Source: a virus
Taxonomy: Duplodnaviria; Caudoviricetes
Strand: one strand, 5' to 3'
DNA: 58,764 nt
IMG/VR virus record: IMGVR_UViG_3300017754_002055
Span: 1-58,764 of that record
The notes beneath the pieces were generated by a model, which made no database searches, was not told the origin of the DNA, and was given only the letters and a program-made list of their open reading frames with translations. A program made the position numbers and the translations under genes. The stretch's first letter is position 1, and each line of letters starts with the position of its first letter. This document shows positions 55,537 through 58,764 of the stretch, one piece after another.

Positions 55537-55809
55537 ATGGTAAAAAGCACAATGAAATTTATCATTGAAGACAGGGACGGGGAGCTATTCTTTGTCGCGT
55601 CTACAGCGGGCGGCAAGGTATATGAGGCCCATATATCCGACCAAGAGGTTGACATATTCGACTGCATTGAGACGTTCATGAGCGAATACAACAACCTGTT
55701 CAGAGGCAAGAGCAAAGCAAAGACCGACGCATACCACAGAGTGGCGCCGCTGAATAGCACACTGCCGCCTATAGAGAAAATCAAATGGACATCAACAACA
55801 ACAGACTAA
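55537..55809 (+). CDS. Hypothetical early protein
   Basis: ATG start MVKSTMKF after HHR5; the track's GTG start lies inside the ribozyme. Confidence 0.6.
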   Translation: MVKSTMKFIIEDRDGELFFVASTAGGKVYEAHISDQEVDIFDCIETFMSEYNNLFRGKSKAKTDAYHRVAPLNSTLPPIEKIKWTSTTTD

Positions 55810-55810
55810 C

Positions 55811-55963
55811 ATGAGCAACAACATCACACGAGCAAGTCAATTCAACCTTTCAAGGTGCATTTACTTTTGGACAGAACAAACACTCACCAACTGCAAAGAC
55901 AAGGGAGGCTCATTCAACTTAGAGCTATACTTGAGATACTTAGATGCAATACGAAGGTCTTGA
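55811..55963 (+). CDS. Small hypothetical protein (50 aa, not in ORF track)
   Basis: MSNNITRASQF..GGSFNLELY..YLDAI; starts 1 nt after the upstream stop. Confidence 0.5.
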   Translation: MSNNITRASQFNLSRCIYFWTEQTLTNCKDKGGSFNLELYLRYLDAIRRS

Positions 55964-56007
55964 GCTTATTAAGAATCATTATAAGTAAAAAAAAGTTACA
56001 ATAAAAC

Positions 56008-56050
56008 TTGACTTCGTTCAATTCTTGTCGTACCTTTGTCGAAAATTAGT
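56008..56050 (+). promoter_or_regulatory. Early promoter 3
   Basis: TTGACTTCGTTCAATTCT....GTACCTTTGTCGAAAATT; near-identical to 53838-53880. Confidence 0.8.
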
Positions 56051-56106
56051 TTAATTCATCAGAGTTCTGTGTCTATTTAGATGCTGCTCGCAAATCAAAT
56101 CAAATT

Positions 56107-57219
56107 ATGTGCGTCATAATCATCAAACAAAAAGGAATGCAACTTGCCAAAGGAGTGCTAAAAAGTTCAGCCCGTATCAATCCCCATGGACTAGGCGTAG
56201 TGTGGCTTGACACTTTCCAAGTAGAGTATTATGACTCTAAGAAGTACGCGGTGCTGCAGACCGAGCGTCCATTTATAGCACACTTCAGATACGCAACAGT
56301 AGGCGCAATCAACCAAGAGAACACGCACCCATTTACGTGCGGTAAAAATAAAAGTGAGTGGCTCATGATGAACGGGACCATTGCAGGACTAGGCAACAAA
56401 GTCAATTCAGATACCAAGGTATTGGCTGAGAAGCTAGGCGACACGCCTCGTCATACATGGAAAGAACAGCTAGAGAAGTATGAGTGCCGCTTTGTTACAA
56501 TCAACACACGCAACAGGACGTTTCAAGTATACAACCAAGACCTGTGGATACAACGTGACGGTGTGTGGTATTCAAAAGACAACGTGCTAGAAGACCATTT
56601 GGTGGCCGTGTACGGGACACTCAAGAAGGGCAACTCCAACTACTACAACTACCTTACAGGTTCTAAGTACATAGGCAAGGGACATACCAAGGACAAGTAC
56701 CCATTAATAATTGAGGGACTGCCGTACTTAATTGAGAAGAAGGGTGTGGGTTATAACGTGGAGGTGGACGTATTCAAAGTGAGCGACTCAAGACTCAAGG
56801 ACCTAGATAGATTAGAGGGACATCCTAATTGGTACTGTAGAAAGCAAGTGGACATCAAGACAAGCAAGCGCACACTAACATGTTGGGTGTACTTTAACTT
56901 GAGAGAGTTATCCGAGGGCAAGACTTTCCATGAGACCTATACCCAAGAGCAAAGGAAATTTGACAAGTGGTGGGAACAGCCTAAGTTACACACACCAATC
57001 AAGGCGACAAGCGACAAGGCTGTGAAGACAGGGTTCAAGAAGCTAGAGCTGTTCGACGACTACTATGACCATCATGTGAGCGACTCAGACTTTGACGTGA
57101 CAAACGAGAAGCCTATGTGTATCTGTTGTTATCACGACTTAGAGCATGACGGGCACTCTAACTACCATTGCAGTGGGTGTGGTGGGTGGTTCAGTGAGAG
57201 CGAGATTATTGTAGCATAA
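56107..57219 (+). CDS. Class II glutamine amidotransferase fused to gamma-glutamylcyclotransferase (AIG2-like) with a C-terminal Zn ribbon
   Basis: Ntn Cys2 (MC), HFRYAT.G, HPF, NGTI and SDT; then VAVYGTLKKG and LDRLEGHP; CxxC..CxxC tail. Confidence 0.85.
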   Translation: MCVIIIKQKGMQLAKGVLKSSARINPHGLGVVWLDTFQVEYYDSKKYAVLQTERPFIAHFRYATVGAINQENTHPFTCGKNKSEWLMMNGTIAGLGNKVNSDTKVLAEKLGDTPRHTWKEQLEKYECRFVTINTRNRTFQVYNQDLWIQRDGVWYSKDNVLEDHLVAVYGTLKKGNSNYYNYLTGSKYIGKGHTKDKYPLIIEGLPYLIEKKGVGYNVEVDVFKVSDSRLKDLDRLEGHPNWYCRKQVDIKTSKRTLTCWVYFNLRELSEGKTFHETYTQEQRKFDKWWEQPKLHTPIKATSDKAVKTGFKKLELFDDYYDHHVSDSDFDVTNEKPMCICCYHDLEHDGHSNYHCSGCGGWFSESEIIVA

Positions 57220-57232
57220 TCAACCTTTAAGT

Positions 57233-57256
57233 GGCGGTGTCTTCAAAGACACTGCC
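57233..57256 (+). repeat. Hairpin containing the 16-bp palindrome (57237-57252)
   Basis: GGCG-GTGTCTTCAAAGACAC-TGCC; identical to the 54303 copy. Confidence 0.9.
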
Positions 57257-57308
57257 TCCGTCTTAGGGTGTGTGCCCTAACTGAAGAGCGCCGAAAGGAC
57301 GAAACGGA
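57257..57308 (+). ncRNA. Hammerhead ribozyme HHR6 (type III)
   Basis: UCCGUC^ UUAGGG-UGUGUG-CCCUAA CUGAAGA GCGCC-GAAA-GGAC GAA ACGGA; imperfect stem II; predicted cut after 57262. Confidence 0.85.
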
Positions 57309-57335
57309 ATTAAATCAAATCAAATCAAAATCACA

Positions 57336-57743
57336 ATGAGACAAAGAGCCTCAGTAACAGAAAAGAAGTATGCGGCATTTATAAATGACTGCTACGAACA
57401 AAAGACTTTTGACCTACGACAGCTGCTGCAAAAGCACAGGGTTGACGGTTCGCTTATTAGCACCCTATCTTCAATGGACCTTGTTGTGTCGGTAAGAAGC
57501 GGAGTGTATAATTGGGTCGGGGACTTTCCTCTGACACCTAATAGCATTGAGCTTATCATATACAGGCACAGAGAGAGGGCCAAGGCGTACCGATTAAAGA
57601 GAGAAGAGAAGGTTATACTTAGGCGTGTGGGTCCTGTAGCTCCGGGACATCAAGAGCCTACCATCACAGAGCAGCAAGCTGTTGACTTTCTAAAGTCCAT
57701 TGGCGGCTACGAGATTTATAAAGTAGAACGAAAACAAGTCTAA
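57336..57743 (+). CDS. Hypothetical early protein
   Basis: (AAATC)n leader directly after HHR6. Confidence 0.65.
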   Translation: MRQRASVTEKKYAAFINDCYEQKTFDLRQLLQKHRVDGSLISTLSSMDLVVSVRSGVYNWVGDFPLTPNSIELIIYRHRERAKAYRLKREEKVILRRVGPVAPGHQEPTITEQQAVDFLKSIGGYEIYKVERKQV

Positions 57744-57745
57744 CA

Positions 57746-57916
57746 ATGGAGAAGAAAATCAAAGCAGTAATACTGACGTTAGCATTCTTCGGTATAGTGG
57801 CACTACTCATAGTGCTAGTTCTATTCTTTCCAAGAACTATGGGCGGTATAGGCCTTGCTGCGGGCGGGACGGCACTATTCATAGGTTTATACAAAATGTT
57901 TTTAAACTCATTATAA
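57746..57916 (+). CDS. Small two-TM membrane protein (56 aa, not in ORF track)
   Basis: MEKKIKAVILTLAFFGIVALLIVLVLFFP...; fills the gap. Confidence 0.55.
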   Translation: MEKKIKAVILTLAFFGIVALLIVLVLFFPRTMGGIGLAAGGTALFIGLYKMFLNSL

Positions 57917-57929
57917 AAGGAGACGACAA

Positions 57930-58160
57930 ATGATAGACGTAATATTAAAACTTCAAGAGATGGGGTTCAACATGGATGACTTTTACGCCATCACTTATTA
58001 CAGCACAGTAAACGAGATGAACCTACAGGGGAGTTTCAAGGCGGCCATAGCAAAAGAAATGCTCAACAAACAAGGTGTTCCATTAGCAATGACAAGCGAA
58101 GGCTTTGCAGAGGGTCGCATCAAAATCGACGGGCTGACAATCAGAGTAGTATTAACATAA
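57930..58160 (+). CDS. Hypothetical early protein
   Basis: Operon packing. Confidence 0.6.
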   Translation: MIDVILKLQEMGFNMDDFYAITYYSTVNEMNLQGSFKAAIAKEMLNKQGVPLAMTSEGFAEGRIKIDGLTIRVVLT

Positions 58161-58174
58161 AAATTCTAAGCAAC

Positions 58175-58573
58175 ATGCAGATTAAAGTAACGCGAGAAAT
58201 CCCAAGAGAAATCCTTGAGAACGTATTCATCACAGCCCTTGAGGGCGGCAGCAACTATTGGTACTTCATAGGTCGTGACGCCATAAAAATAATAACAGAG
58301 GCCGTGCCTAATCAGAAGGGCTTATCTTTTTCAGAGGCCATCTTCAAGGCTGTCATGGACCATGGGTGTGAGCTACCTATCAGAGATAGTGACGACGCAT
58401 CAGAGGTTATCGGGACACTCAGCGCGAGGACAATGCAAGAGAGACTCCAAGCGCTTTCAGAGAACGAGGACTACTCATGGGTCATAGAAGCAGAGCTGTC
58501 AGAAGAGGGCGACGCATGCAGCAGTGACATCATGTTCCAAGCCATGTGCCTAGGAGAGGTTATATACAGCTAG
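58175..58573 (+). CDS. Hypothetical phage protein
   Basis: TALEGGSNYW ... DA..SDI.FQ...GEVIY motifs. Confidence 0.7.
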   Translation: MQIKVTREIPREILENVFITALEGGSNYWYFIGRDAIKIITEAVPNQKGLSFSEAIFKAVMDHGCELPIRDSDDASEVIGTLSARTMQERLQALSENEDYSWVIEAELSEEGDACSSDIMFQAMCLGEVIYS

Positions 58574-58641
58574 TAAACTAACAATCAATTAAATAACGGA
58601 GGTTCAACATGAGATTAATTTCTAAACACATAAGCTCAGAG

Positions 58642-58764
58642 AGAAAAAAAGCAAAGCCCGACCAAGGACTAATCACTCAGCTTGAGAAGATGATTGCTAG
58701 TGGACAAGTTACGTTCGATAATTTTGTGGACACGGGACGGTTCATCAACGAGAAGGAGTTCAGA
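58642..58764. repeat. Terminal direct repeat, right copy (circular-contig overlap)
   Basis: Exact copy of 1-123. Confidence 0.95.

Noticed and set aside
50521-57252. Palindromic repeats as a CRISPR array or integron attC sites
   Set aside because: Spacing is irregular (hundreds to thousands of bp), the repeat is only 16 bp, and no cas or integrase gene is present.
1-58641. Alternative genetic code or stop-codon reassignment
   Set aside because: Long genes are intact under the standard code and TAA, TAG and TGA all serve as stops.

Overview
The window is an apparently complete circular genome (about 58,641 bp) of a lytic, podovirus-like dsDNA phage. Bases 1-123 recur exactly at 58642-58764 and cut through one CDS. 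The host is most likely Bacteroidota/Flavobacteriia, because many TAnnTTTG -7 promoter elements and AAATC-rich leaders without a Shine-Dalgarno precede the genes. Layout: (i) a + strand early region (about 50.7-58.6 kb, continuing to 0.33 kb) of small ORFs, an amidoligase and a GATase-II/GGCT fusion; (ii) a + strand replication/recombination module (0.4-8.7 kb) with a DnaA-C-like HTH, Sak3-like annealase, exonuclease, SSB, frameshifted primase-helicase, SNF2-like helicase and VRR-NUC; (iii) a - strand late module (8.7-50.2 kb) with GroEL/GroES, small basic proteins, lysis genes, tail fibres, terminase, portal, scaffold, capsid, tail and a 3292-aa ejection-type protein. The standout signal is six hammerhead ribozymes (four type III, two type I) placed between early genes. 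Each type III ribozyme is fused just downstream of a hairpin built on the 16-bp palindrome GTGTCTTYRAAGACAC. That palindrome occurs at least 13 times genome-wide, including inside four essential genes in different reading frames. Other notable elements are a tRNA-like RNA with no canonical anticodon arm followed by about 350 nt of hairpin-dense non-coding sequence, two paralogous AT-rich origin-like elements, and a repeat-rich candidate genome terminus. All protein calls come from motif recognition by eye, not database searches.
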